IMG/VR virus record: IMGVR_UViG_3300046663_000412
Coordinates: 9,278-73,277 of that record
Origin: a virus
Lineage: Duplodnaviria; Caudoviricetes
Reading direction: 5' to 3' (one strand)
Length of the DNA stretch: 64,000 nt
Numbering within the stretch: position 1 is the stretch's first letter; every line of letters starts with the position of its first letter. Positions 53,538 to 62,681 of the stretch are shown here, one piece after another. The notes under the pieces were generated by a model. That model searched no databases, was not told the DNA's origin, and saw only the letters and a list, made by a program, of their open reading frames with translations. A program made the translations under genes and the position numbers.

Positions 53538-55682
53538 ATGGCAGTCAATGACCACTACACCGCTGGGGCTGGCGGGCTGAATCCTTATCCCCAGAACTAC
53601 CTCGGCAGCATAATCCAGAGCCCAGAGCTTGATGCGAAGGGCAAGCCGACGCAACATTCGATTCGCGATGTCGGTATGGCGCGCGACGTGGTGAAGACCG
53701 TCATCATGGCTGGCCGCAACCGCTCTATTGTAAACTCGCGCATCCTCGCGAAGTATAACGCGGAGCGGCCCTACGACGCCTACAAACTGGAAGCCGAAGG
53801 GCTCGGCTGGCGGAGCAATTTTACGACCAAGCCCCTGCCCGCGATGATTGAGCGAGTGGCCCCTCGTTTTAAGGGCGCAGTAGACGGGCTGAAGTATTTC
53901 ACTAATTCCTCGCTGTCGAACAAGTGGCAGAACGCTTCCGAGAAAACCGAGAAGTTCCGTGAGGTAATCACCAGGGTGATTCGAAATCGGAAAGGCTGGA
54001 CCACCCTCCTGGAAGATATCGCTTTTGATAACGCAATTTTCGGGCACACCATCACCGCGTGGCTGGACGAGTTTACTTGGTTCCCCAATCACTTCAAGCA
54101 GGACGAAAGTTTTGTAGCGGACGGGACAAAGTCAGACCCTCGCATGGCACAGATTGTGGTGCTGAAAGAAATCTTTTTGCCCCATGAGCTTTTCCGTCAT
54201 ATTAAAGACCGCGAAGCTGCGGAAGCTGCGGGTTGGAATCTCAAGAATACCATCGAGGCAATCAACACCGCTTCGCCGATTCAGATTCGGGACCGGCTCA
54301 ATGTTGGTGGCACCCTTGAAACTTGGTATCAGAACGCTCTTCGTGAGCTTACGATTGGTGCCAGTTACATGGCCGGTAACTCAGTCATTGTGGTATACAC
54401 GCTGCTCGCCAGAGAAGTGGACGGGAGTGTGTCGCATTATCGTATGGCCGGTCCTGGGATGCTGGAGATTTTCTCGCGCGATAATCGTTTCCCTAGTATG
54501 GAGGATACCTGTTCGTTCTTCTCCTTCCAAAAGGGCAACGGCACTCTGCACGGTTCCAAGGGAGTCGGACGCGACATTTATGAGATGGCGGGAATGATTG
54601 ACCGCACTCGCAACGAGGTTGTGGACCGGCTGATTATGTCCGGCAAGATGGTCGTGCAAGGCGACGTGAAGAGAATCCATACGTTCAAAATGAGCGTCGT
54701 GGGCTCGACGGTAATTTTCCCAACCGGCTGGGATATCCTGGAACGACGGCTCGACGGTAACGTGGACGGATTTTTGAAGCTGGACGTTTATTTCAACCAG
54801 CTTGTGGACACCCTCATTGGGAGCACCTCGGTGCCGCAGATGGAAGGCGCGGGCGAAGCGATGCGCTCACCGGCTGCCTGGAATCTGTTGGCCCAACGCC
54901 AGGAGGAAGGCCGGGACGTTCGAATTACTCGTTTCATGGAGCAGTTCGTGCAGATGGTGGGCACGATGCAGAAAAGAATTTGTGACCCTCAGACGATAGA
55001 CGACGACGCGAAGGAAGCCCAGCGTGAACTGCTGGAGTTCATGACGAAGGAAGAAATCAAGGAGCTTTCGGGTTCCCCGGTGGCGGGCACCATCAAAGAT
55101 TTGACTCCGCTCGAACGCCAGCTTATCGCTGCGTTCTGTGCAGAGAAGAAAGGCAATCCGCTTTACAATCAGCACGCTCTCGAAGTCGAAGACATCCTCG
55201 CGCGCCTGGGCAAGGATTACGTGGACAAGGTTTTGCTGCCCGACCAGGACCCTACCGAACAAGCGGAGCAACAGCGCCAGCAGATGCTGGAGTTTATGTT
55301 GCTGTCGCACGGAGAAGCGGTGCCGGTCTCGAAGCGAGACAACCACATGATTCACCTCCAGGTGTTGATGCCGTCCGCAGAGCAATTAGCCCAACAGATG
55401 GGCCAGGGACAATTCGGGACCGACTCTCTCGAAGCGGTGATTGCGCACATCAACGAGCATTACAACAATGCGGTCCAGCAAGGTGTGAAGCCTGAGGCAC
55501 TCGCGCAGATTAAAGATTTTCTAAGCAAGGCCGGACAAGCTCTGGCACAATTACGTCAGCATGACCAAGCAGCCCAACAAATTGCTGACGCACACGGTCA
55601 CCTCTCCACGGGGGCACCCCTGCCTCCGGGAGTTTCACCCAACATAATGCCCCCCGATGGAAATAACAGCCCAACCTCTTGA
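53538..55682 (+). CDS. Probable portal protein
   Basis: 714 aa, helical, Gln-rich C-terminus; position after terL and before scaffold/capsid. Confidence 0.65.
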   Translation: MAVNDHYTAGAGGLNPYPQNYLGSIIQSPELDAKGKPTQHSIRDVGMARDVVKTVIMAGRNRSIVNSRILAKYNAERPYDAYKLEAEGLGWRSNFTTKPLPAMIERVAPRFKGAVDGLKYFTNSSLSNKWQNASEKTEKFREVITRVIRNRKGWTTLLEDIAFDNAIFGHTITAWLDEFTWFPNHFKQDESFVADGTKSDPRMAQIVVLKEIFLPHELFRHIKDREAAEAAGWNLKNTIEAINTASPIQIRDRLNVGGTLETWYQNALRELTIGASYMAGNSVIVVYTLLAREVDGSVSHYRMAGPGMLEIFSRDNRFPSMEDTCSFFSFQKGNGTLHGSKGVGRDIYEMAGMIDRTRNEVVDRLIMSGKMVVQGDVKRIHTFKMSVVGSTVIFPTGWDILERRLDGNVDGFLKLDVYFNQLVDTLIGSTSVPQMEGAGEAMRSPAAWNLLAQRQEEGRDVRITRFMEQFVQMVGTMQKRICDPQTIDDDAKEAQRELLEFMTKEEIKELSGSPVAGTIKDLTPLERQLIAAFCAEKKGNPLYNQHALEVEDILARLGKDYVDKVLLPDQDPTEQAEQQRQQMLEFMLLSHGEAVPVSKRDNHMIHLQVLMPSAEQLAQQMGQGQFGTDSLEAVIAHINEHYNNAVQQGVKPEALAQIKDFLSKAGQALAQLRQHDQAAQQIADAHGHLSTGAPLPPGVSPNIMPPDGNNSPTS

Positions 55683-56031
55683 CTGGACTTCGAACGACGA
55701 AGAACAACTAGCTAGATTTCTCACCAGCCCGACTGGACAGAGATTTATTCCGAAGCTTCTGGAAGTAACCCCGGCTCTGCTGGAGCAGGGTCACGTCAAC
55801 AAAATTTTGATTCGCAGTGGAATTGTTCGCGGATTCCAGATTCTCGCCTCGGAGATTTTGCGGCTCGCGCACCCATCTTCCAAACCTACTGAGCAAACGC
55901 CTACGGAATATCCGGCGTTGGACGACGACGCCAAGTGGGGCAAGCCGCCACCGGAGCCCGCTCTCGATTTTGTGCCGGATATTGTTCCAGCACCCGAACC
56001 AACACCTGAATCCCAGATAACCAAGGAATAA
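55657..56031 (+). CDS. Hypothetical protein (post-portal)
   Basis: 124-aa ORF. Confidence 0.7.
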   Translation: MEITAQPLDWTSNDEEQLARFLTSPTGQRFIPKLLEVTPALLEQGHVNKILIRSGIVRGFQILASEILRLAHPSSKPTEQTPTEYPALDDDAKWGKPPPEPALDFVPDIVPAPEPTPESQITKE

Positions 56032-56034
56032 GTT

Positions 56035-57399
56035 ATGGCAAATGAACCCCAGAATACTCCCCCGGCTGCGGTCCCTGACCCGGCTGCTAATAATGCTGAA
56101 GTCGCCGCGAGGCTGGCCGCACAAGACGCGGCGGGTCAATCAGCGGCTGGCAAGCCTTCTGATTTTGAACCGGTGGCGTCCGCACTGGATAATTTGGCTT
56201 CGGCCAAGCAGAGGGAAATTGAAGCTGCTGCGGCTGCTGCGGTCCAACCTGCTGCGGCTGCCCCGGCTGCCCCGGCTGCGCCTGCTGCTCAACCTGCTGC
56301 GCCTGCTAAGACGCCGGAGGAATTAGCCGCTGAAGCTGCTGCGAAAACTGCTGCTGATGCTGCGACCGCTGAAGCGGAGGCTGCCAAGTTGCGAGCCCAG
56401 GATGTTTTCAAGGACGTTCCCAGTCTTCCCCAGGGCAGCGCGCCGAAAGCTTCTGAAGCATGGAACGCTCTCAAGGAAAAAGCGGCCAAAGAGATTTTGG
56501 ACCGCGACGCAAAAATTGCAGAGCTTACCAAACAGAACACTGACCTGACCACCCGGGTTAGCACGCCGACGACTCAGCAACTCGAAGCTGAGAAGGCGAT
56601 GAAAGATTTGTCTGAATGGCGGGCCAAGCTCGACCTGAAGTTCGACCCGCGATTCCAGGAATACGACAAACAGGTTTCCGACATTCACGAATTTGTTTAC
56701 GCCCAGCTTCGCAAACGGGCTGACGTCGTGGGCGAGAACGTGATTGACGAAATCAAGAAACTCGGCGGGCCTGAGAACTGCAACCTGTCGGAGCTTTTCA
56801 ATAAGCTCAAGGACCCGGTTCTTCAGCGAATCGTGGAATCGAAAATGTCGGACGCGTTGCTGGCCGGTCACAAGAAGGAGCAGGCAATCAAAGAGGTTGA
56901 GTCTAACATGGGCGAATACCTCAAGCAGCGGGAAGACGCTTTCCGCAATGCCCAGACTTCTCACACCACGGCAACGAAGCAAGTGCTCGACCCGATGCTC
57001 TCGAAGCTCGACTGGTTCAATCCGAAAGCGGATGACGAGAACGGTAAGAAATTCGTGGAGGATTTGAAGGTCCAACTTGCGTCTGCGCTCCAGGATGATT
57101 CGCCGCAGATGCGCGCTATTTTGCTGACCGGCTTCGCGCAGATGTGTCATCTCCAGAACGCGAACAAGGCGCAAGCGGCAGAGCTTACGACTACCAAGGC
57201 CGCGCTCGCAGAGGCCCAGGGTTTGCTGGACCGCATCAAAAATTCCAGCACCTCACGGTTGCGTGAGTCCGGCGCTCCACCGAATGCTCAGCCCGCACCT
57301 CCTCCCAAGCAGAACGAATTTACAACTCGGCCTGCTGACGCCCTCGATGCCCTGGCCCAACAGGTCATGGCGCAACGTGTGGCTAAAGGTGCGGTATGA
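56035..57399 (+). CDS. Probable capsid scaffolding protein
   Basis: Ala/Pro-rich N-terminus, long coiled coil, position. Confidence 0.6.
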   Translation: MANEPQNTPPAAVPDPAANNAEVAARLAAQDAAGQSAAGKPSDFEPVASALDNLASAKQREIEAAAAAAVQPAAAAPAAPAAPAAQPAAPAKTPEELAAEAAAKTAADAATAEAEAAKLRAQDVFKDVPSLPQGSAPKASEAWNALKEKAAKEILDRDAKIAELTKQNTDLTTRVSTPTTQQLEAEKAMKDLSEWRAKLDLKFDPRFQEYDKQVSDIHEFVYAQLRKRADVVGENVIDEIKKLGGPENCNLSELFNKLKDPVLQRIVESKMSDALLAGHKKEQAIKEVESNMGEYLKQREDAFRNAQTSHTTATKQVLDPMLSKLDWFNPKADDENGKKFVEDLKVQLASALQDDSPQMRAILLTGFAQMCHLQNANKAQAAELTTTKAALAEAQGLLDRIKNSSTSRLRESGAPPNAQPAPPPKQNEFTTRPADALDALAQQVMAQRVAKGAV

Positions 57400-58280
57400 A
57401 CGAGTTAGTGGTCCCTTCGGACCACAGCGAAGGGGTGACACCAGTAGTGGTGCCACCCCGAAATACTATCGTTCCCCTTCAGTCGAAGGTGCTGATAGTT
57501 ACGCCGTGGCAAAAACAGGTCTCGCCGGTCACGTCGTTTTGCGTCTCTCAGCTTAGCGACCGGAGACGCACTGCGACCGCGTTACATTTTGGTGACGCGT
57601 TCGTGGCTCATTCTCGAAACTCGTGCGCGGACACCTTTTTGGCGTCTCAGTTTGAGTGGCTGCTCACCATTGATGACGACATGATTGTTCCCTTCGGGGA
57701 TGACAATTGGTTTCGTCACTTCACCGGCTGGGGTTTCGACAAAAAATTCATGGGCTGGAATGCCCTCGACCGTTTGTTGAGCCATGGCAAGACCCTGGTG
57801 GGCGCTCTTTATTTCGGGCGGCACAAGGGCGGGCCTCCAGTATACAACGAGGGCTCCGCAAACAAGCAGGAAGCGGAGTATGCCGCGCGCGGGCCTTATG
57901 ATTTAATCAAGCCGACTCGTTGGGTGGGCACCGGCTGCATGCTGATTCACCGAAAAGTATTCGAGGACATCGAAAAAAAGTTCCCACGGTTGGCCAGGAC
58001 ACCGAAGGGCACCGGGGGAAACTGGTTTACGTCCACCGAAGCGACACTTTTGCGCGACGTGGACTTCATTCGCTCCCAACTCCAGGGCAAACCGCTCGAC
58101 GGGAAGGTGGCTTACGACGTGATGAATGGTCTCGAAGGCGCAGCAGCGAAGGCTGCATTCGAAAATCCGCTCGGCAGCGGTGAAGATGTGAGTTTTTGTC
58201 TGCGTGCTATGGCTGCGGGGCATCAACCTTACGTGGACATGGGGCTTAGGTGTGGGCATATCGGCCACTGGGTGTTCTGA
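57396..58280 (+). CDS. GT2-like glycosyltransferase within head module
   Basis: RNSCAD..WLLTIDDDM..VGTGCMLIHRKVFE..GEDVSFC..CGHIG. Confidence 0.85.
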   Translation: MNELVVPSDHSEGVTPVVVPPRNTIVPLQSKVLIVTPWQKQVSPVTSFCVSQLSDRRRTATALHFGDAFVAHSRNSCADTFLASQFEWLLTIDDDMIVPFGDDNWFRHFTGWGFDKKFMGWNALDRLLSHGKTLVGALYFGRHKGGPPVYNEGSANKQEAEYAARGPYDLIKPTRWVGTGCMLIHRKVFEDIEKKFPRLARTPKGTGGNWFTSTEATLLRDVDFIRSQLQGKPLDGKVAYDVMNGLEGAAAKAAFENPLGSGEDVSFCLRAMAAGHQPYVDMGLRCGHIGHWVF

Positions 58281-58281
58281 T

Positions 58282-59082
58282 ATGAAGAAAATTCTCCTCG
58301 CGCTCCAGTATTGGGAAGGTGACCGCGCCGCGTCAGCGAAACTGCTCAAGTTTTTAGCCGACCTGGAGCCGAAACATTGCGAGCTAGCGGATATTCTGCT
58401 TGTGAATCGCTTCGACTGCCTCCCGGAGACATCTGCGGCGACCTACGCAGAGCGGAAGTTCAACATTTTCAGTCACACCAGCCGTCGCCGTGGCACCGGC
58501 TGGCCGAATGGCTGCAATGACTTGTGGTTTTCGACCATGGAGTGGGTGCTCGGCTCTATGGAGACGAAGAAGTGTCCCGACTACAAAGCTGTTTTCACTT
58601 TTGAATCGGACGGAGCACCTATTTTCCAGGATTGGGTCCGAAGATTGAGCTTCGCGTGGGACCGGGTGCAGTCGAAATCGAAAATTTACATCGCGGGTCC
58701 CTACATTCCGCCCCCGGTTGAGCACATCAACGGAAATATGATGATTTCCACTGACCACAAATTTTTGGACTGGCTCGTCCGGCGCGTTTCCGGTTGTCCG
58801 GCGAACATTGGATGGGATTATTACCTTTTCAGTGCGTTTAAACGATGGGGTGTTGCGAACATTCCGGAAATCGTAAGCCTGTATCACACCAAGGACTATA
58901 CTGACGAGAGATTTCGCGAATTCCGAGAGAAACCAGTGGCCTGGGTTCACGGGGTGAAGGACACCTCGTTGCTGGAGTGCTCGCGGGCTCATTGGCTGGG
59001 TAAAAGGGAGCCCGTTGACCCCTCGAAGGAGCCGAATCGATTTTCTGGGGAGTTTTCCAGTTCAGTCAGCAGTCAAAATTGA
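58282..59082 (+). CDS. Putative GT-A fold glycosyltransferase within head module
   Basis: GWPNGCN..VFTFESDG..HINGN..GWD..WVHGVKD. Confidence 0.6.
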   Translation: MKKILLALQYWEGDRAASAKLLKFLADLEPKHCELADILLVNRFDCLPETSAATYAERKFNIFSHTSRRRGTGWPNGCNDLWFSTMEWVLGSMETKKCPDYKAVFTFESDGAPIFQDWVRRLSFAWDRVQSKSKIYIAGPYIPPPVEHINGNMMISTDHKFLDWLVRRVSGCPANIGWDYYLFSAFKRWGVANIPEIVSLYHTKDYTDERFREFREKPVAWVHGVKDTSLLECSRAHWLGKREPVDPSKEPNRFSGEFSSSVSSQN

Positions 59083-59084
59083 GG

Positions 59085-59111
59085 TTGACGCATTCCGTCG
59101 CCCCCGCGACA
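59085..59111 (+). promoter_or_regulatory. Putative phage-sigma (late) promoter for major capsid gene
   Basis: TTGACG-N15-GCGACA. Confidence 0.7.
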
Positions 59112-59254
59112 TCTAAATAGCACCTTAAGCAGGTCTCCCCCGGTGCTTGGAGAATCGGCCTTACGAATTTCTGCTGCTGGGCCAACAGTGGAAACTGAGT
59201 CGCGGGTGACAGCGACAAAAACCTGAAGCTTCGGCTTCAAACACAGTTTTTACT

Positions 59255-60571
59255 ATGGCTTTTTTCTGCGATGACCCTAGCGCAATCAGTGATATTGCGT
59301 CTAAGGACACAAACCGAATCGTCGGCACCATTGCCAAGGCTCTGGCTGCCAATGCTCCTTACATGAACGTAATCACCGGTGGGGTGTTCCCATCCGGCAC
59401 GTCTGATGCAATCCGCTCGATTGTCCAGATGCAGGCGGCTCCTGGCGACTCTCTCGCCATTCCCACCTTCGTCTGTGATACCGACATTTGCGGTCAGACC
59501 GGTCATCAGGACCTAACCGACACTGTCGAATTCACTCTCCGCCTGGAAAGCTTCCGTGGCCGAGGCCCCAACATCTGCGTTAAGAAAGGCTATGCGGCTT
59601 TCAAAGGCAGCTATGTGATGGCTGAGGACTCGCTGAAGAAACTGGTCGTGCAATACATCAACGCGGACATCCGCGCTCAGTTGTATCTGCGCTCCGCCAG
59701 CAAGTTCACGGCGAACGCGAATTACGACTTCAACAGTCTTTTCACCGGTGGTCTGGAAACCGACCTGGGTGTGAAGTTCGCACCGTTGCTGCCCACTGGT
59801 CCCATGACCTTCAAGGCGCTTCATTACATCGCGCGCTACATGCGCGAGGTTTTGTTCGCTGAGTGGTATGGCCAGGACAGCGGCATGCCTCACTTCCGTT
59901 TCATCGGCGGCTCCGACCAAGTGGAATATTTCCGCTCCGAAGTCGGCGTCCAGAACGTGATGGTGGCTCTGACCACTGGCGGATACAAGATGGGTGAAAC
60001 CACCTTGACGGCTTACTCGTTCGAGCAGAGCCCCGCTTACCGTGGCCTCGCCTTCGGCGTGGACCAGCGGCCTTTGCGCGCGACCGGCTTCAATCCGGAC
60101 GGCACGCTCGCCCTGGTTGACCCCGTGGTCATCGTCGCGAATCCTTCGCGCGGTGTCGCGTTCGCGAAACCGAATCCGGCGTGGCTCTCCGCGCCTTATG
60201 AACTCGGCATCCTGATTGCCGATGGCTCGTTCGAGCGTCTCGTCCCCGAGAAATACGTGGGCGAAGGCTCGTTCAAATTCGCGCCCCAGCTTCACATGGG
60301 TGAGCTTGAGTGGCACTACCAGATTGACAACCAATGTAACCAGTGGGGTGACTTTGGTTGGCACAAATACCAAATCACCCGCGCGTATCGTCCGCTGCGT
60401 CCTCAGCACATTGTGCCGCTGCTTTACAGCCGCTGCCAAGCTGACCTGGGTCTCGTGGCTTGCGCTAGTGCGAATGGTTCCAGCTTCAGCGGAGCCGACA
60501 GCTTCATCAACGTTGGGGTGTGCGGTGACAACGAAGCCCCGGTTGTTGGTCCGGGTGTTCCGACTCTGTAA
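59255..60571 (+). CDS. Probable major capsid protein
   Basis: 438 aa after scaffold; own promoter and terminator. Confidence 0.7.
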   Translation: MAFFCDDPSAISDIASKDTNRIVGTIAKALAANAPYMNVITGGVFPSGTSDAIRSIVQMQAAPGDSLAIPTFVCDTDICGQTGHQDLTDTVEFTLRLESFRGRGPNICVKKGYAAFKGSYVMAEDSLKKLVVQYINADIRAQLYLRSASKFTANANYDFNSLFTGGLETDLGVKFAPLLPTGPMTFKALHYIARYMREVLFAEWYGQDSGMPHFRFIGGSDQVEYFRSEVGVQNVMVALTTGGYKMGETTLTAYSFEQSPAYRGLAFGVDQRPLRATGFNPDGTLALVDPVVIVANPSRGVAFAKPNPAWLSAPYELGILIADGSFERLVPEKYVGEGSFKFAPQLHMGELEWHYQIDNQCNQWGDFGWHKYQITRAYRPLRPQHIVPLLYSRCQADLGLVACASANGSSFSGADSFINVGVCGDNEAPVVGPGVPTL

Positions 60572-60596
60572 CCGCTCGTCGGGGTAGGGGAAACGT

Positions 60597-60627
60597 GGGG
60601 TGGGCGGTTTAGGCCGCTCACCCCTTT
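60597..60627 (+). terminator. Probable terminator after capsid gene
   Basis: GGGGTGGGCGG/CCGCTCACCCC stem plus TTT. Confidence 0.65.
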
Positions 60628-60644
60628 ACAACTGAATCCGCAAC

Positions 60645-61574
60645 ATGGCCGCTGATACAAATTTCCGGCAAGGTGACACCGAATGGGACCTTGCGAGAAA
60701 AATTCTTCAGCGGCTAAATTCTTTTATCAACGTGGCATCTGATACATCAACTCAATTTGCGCAGGGCGATACTTTATACAACATAAAGCGAAAGACCTTG
60801 CGGCGGCTTAACCAACTTTTTCCCTCCGCCACCGGCGACGTCGTCTGGAGACAGGGGGATTCTCAGTGGAGCATCGAAAGAAAAATTCTTCTGGTGCTCA
60901 ACCAGGACACGGCGATTCCTATTCCGGAGACACCTGCGGTAGTGCAAAGCAAGTGGGGGTCAGGCTCGGCGGATACTACGAGCGTGACTTTAACTGGAGT
61001 CACGGCAGGCAATATGATTGTGGTAGTAGCGGCAATCGGCGCCACCAGCCCAGCGGCCCCAGTAGACGGGGATTGTGTAGACGGAGTGTCCGACTATACG
61101 GTCGATTCGTCAACTCCAGCAATCAACACTTTTTATCGGTTCGCCGTTTGGTCTAAGGTCGCGGCAGTCAGCGGCAACCTCACTATCACTGTAGGAAACG
61201 GGGGCGTATTGGTCAATGCGCTTAATGTTTGTGCCTACGAGATTTCGGGCTTGGCTCTTAAGATGTTTGATTCTGGCAACGATGGAGTCGGAACGAGCGC
61301 CACTCCCACAACGGATATTTTTGGGACATCGTCCGCAGGGGTAATCGTAGCTGTCGAAGCAGAGTTTACCGGGGGAGCAGGAATTACTCATACTGCCGGA
61401 CCTGGATATTCGATTTCAGATTCCGGCAACGCACACGGGGATGAGAACTCAGGCGCTTTGCTGGCGGGCTGCGCGGAGCATAGGGTAACGACTGGGGCGC
61501 TCGATGTAACGAATGCGTCCTGTGTTTTAGCCCCAGACCAATCCTGGGGGATTCTGGCTGCGGCTTATAAATAA
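60645..61574 (+). CDS. Probable virion decoration protein: three N-terminal repeats plus beta domain
   Basis: QGD..W/Y...RK.L..LN x3. Confidence 0.65.
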   Translation: MAADTNFRQGDTEWDLARKILQRLNSFINVASDTSTQFAQGDTLYNIKRKTLRRLNQLFPSATGDVVWRQGDSQWSIERKILLVLNQDTAIPIPETPAVVQSKWGSGSADTTSVTLTGVTAGNMIVVVAAIGATSPAAPVDGDCVDGVSDYTVDSSTPAINTFYRFAVWSKVAAVSGNLTITVGNGGVLVNALNVCAYEISGLALKMFDSGNDGVGTSATPTTDIFGTSSAGVIVAVEAEFTGGAGITHTAGPGYSISDSGNAHGDENSGALLAGCAEHRVTTGALDVTNASCVLAPDQSWGILAAAYK

Positions 61575-61576
61575 AC

Positions 61577-61750
61577 ATGAAGACTTTGAAAGATGTTTTG
61601 GACGAGGCTGGGGTGGAGGAGACTCATTGGCCTGTAGACTACCGGTTGGAACCGGGGGAAGTCATCCAGGATAAAACGCGGGATGAAACCACCCGCATAC
61701 CGATTATTCGTAATGACGGGAAGCGATATAACGGCACCGCAGAAAGTTGA
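61577..61750 (+). CDS. Small hypothetical protein (57 aa)
   Basis: MKTLKDVLDEAGVEETHWP.. Confidence 0.55.
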   Translation: MKTLKDVLDEAGVEETHWPVDYRLEPGEVIQDKTRDETTRIPIIRNDGKRYNGTAES

Positions 61751-61757
61751 CAGAAGT

Positions 61758-61949
61758 ATGTTGTCACCATTTCGAGGGAAAGAGCTTTTTGCTCTAATCC
61801 CAATCAACATTGGGCTCGAAGGAGTCCGGCGCTTTATGGTAGCCCATCAAGCGGAGCTAACCGCTGCCCTCACCGTGGTTCAAATCCTGGTGGGGCTGGG
61901 CACGTTGGCGATTATCATCAAAAAACTCCTGACCAAGAAACCCGAATGA
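61758..61949 (+). CDS. Holin-like small membrane protein
   Basis: TM ELTAALTVVQILVGLGTLAIII, basic C-tail. Confidence 0.45.
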   Translation: MLSPFRGKELFALIPINIGLEGVRRFMVAHQAELTAALTVVQILVGLGTLAIIIKKLLTKKPE

Positions 61950-62680
61950 AGGCACTGATTCCCCTCCTATTTAGTTTGGTGTTGCTCACCGGCTGCGGGC
62001 TTATCCCGAAGCGAGTGGAGCTTTTCCAGAGCAAGGTCCACAAGGTCCCTGAGTTTTCCGACCGACAGGTTGAATTTCAAAAGCGCGCGGCGTATCTCGC
62101 GAAGCAACGCGCGGCTGATACGGTGGATGCGGCCATTTCGACCGGCGCTTCCACTAACGTGGTCGTTCCCGCGCGCGATGCTGAGAAGCTGACCGATGCT
62201 GTGTCCACCTCGCTAGGTCCTCCGCTGACTGCGGTGACCAATGCCGACATTGCGACTGCTAATCTGCGGCATGCGACGGCGAATCGAGATGAACGTATTA
62301 GCGATTTCAAAAATTCGAATGACGTCAACGCCGGGAAGAAAATCGAAGGCACCGGCCTTATCCAGGTGCCATATTTTCTGTGGTCCGGTGGATTCCTGGT
62401 GGTTATTTTTGTCGGCTGGCATCTCGCGAAGACCGCGCTCACCGTCGCGTCTGCGGCTAACCCTGGGGCTGCCGTAGGGGTGGGGGCGATGAACATCGCG
62501 GGCAATCTTGCAGGCAAGGGCCTGCATCAGGTTGTTCTCGGCGGGTCTAATTTTTTGAAGTGGGCTGAATCCTCGCTGGACCCTGTCGTGAGTAAACAAG
62601 TCACCGATGCATTCATCGCGCATCAGAAGGAAGCGCAGGATGGCGACGTGAAGTCGGTGGTCAAAACATTAATAAACTGA
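61946..62680 (+). CDS. Lipoprotein with internal TM (spanin-like)
   Basis: Lipobox LTG/C, helical linker, TM YFLWSGGFLVVIFVGW. Confidence 0.55.
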   Translation: MKALIPLLFSLVLLTGCGLIPKRVELFQSKVHKVPEFSDRQVEFQKRAAYLAKQRAADTVDAAISTGASTNVVVPARDAEKLTDAVSTSLGPPLTAVTNADIATANLRHATANRDERISDFKNSNDVNAGKKIEGTGLIQVPYFLWSGGFLVVIFVGWHLAKTALTVASAANPGAAVGVGAMNIAGNLAGKGLHQVVLGGSNFLKWAESSLDPVVSKQVTDAFIAHQKEAQDGDVKSVVKTLIN

Positions 62681-62681
62681 T

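Noticed and set aside
1453-60439. Long antisense/alternate-frame ORFs (e.g. 1453..2466, 34262..34921, 56323..57174, 59513..60439)
   Set aside because: Shadows of well-supported genes on the other strand, with no motifs or expression signals.
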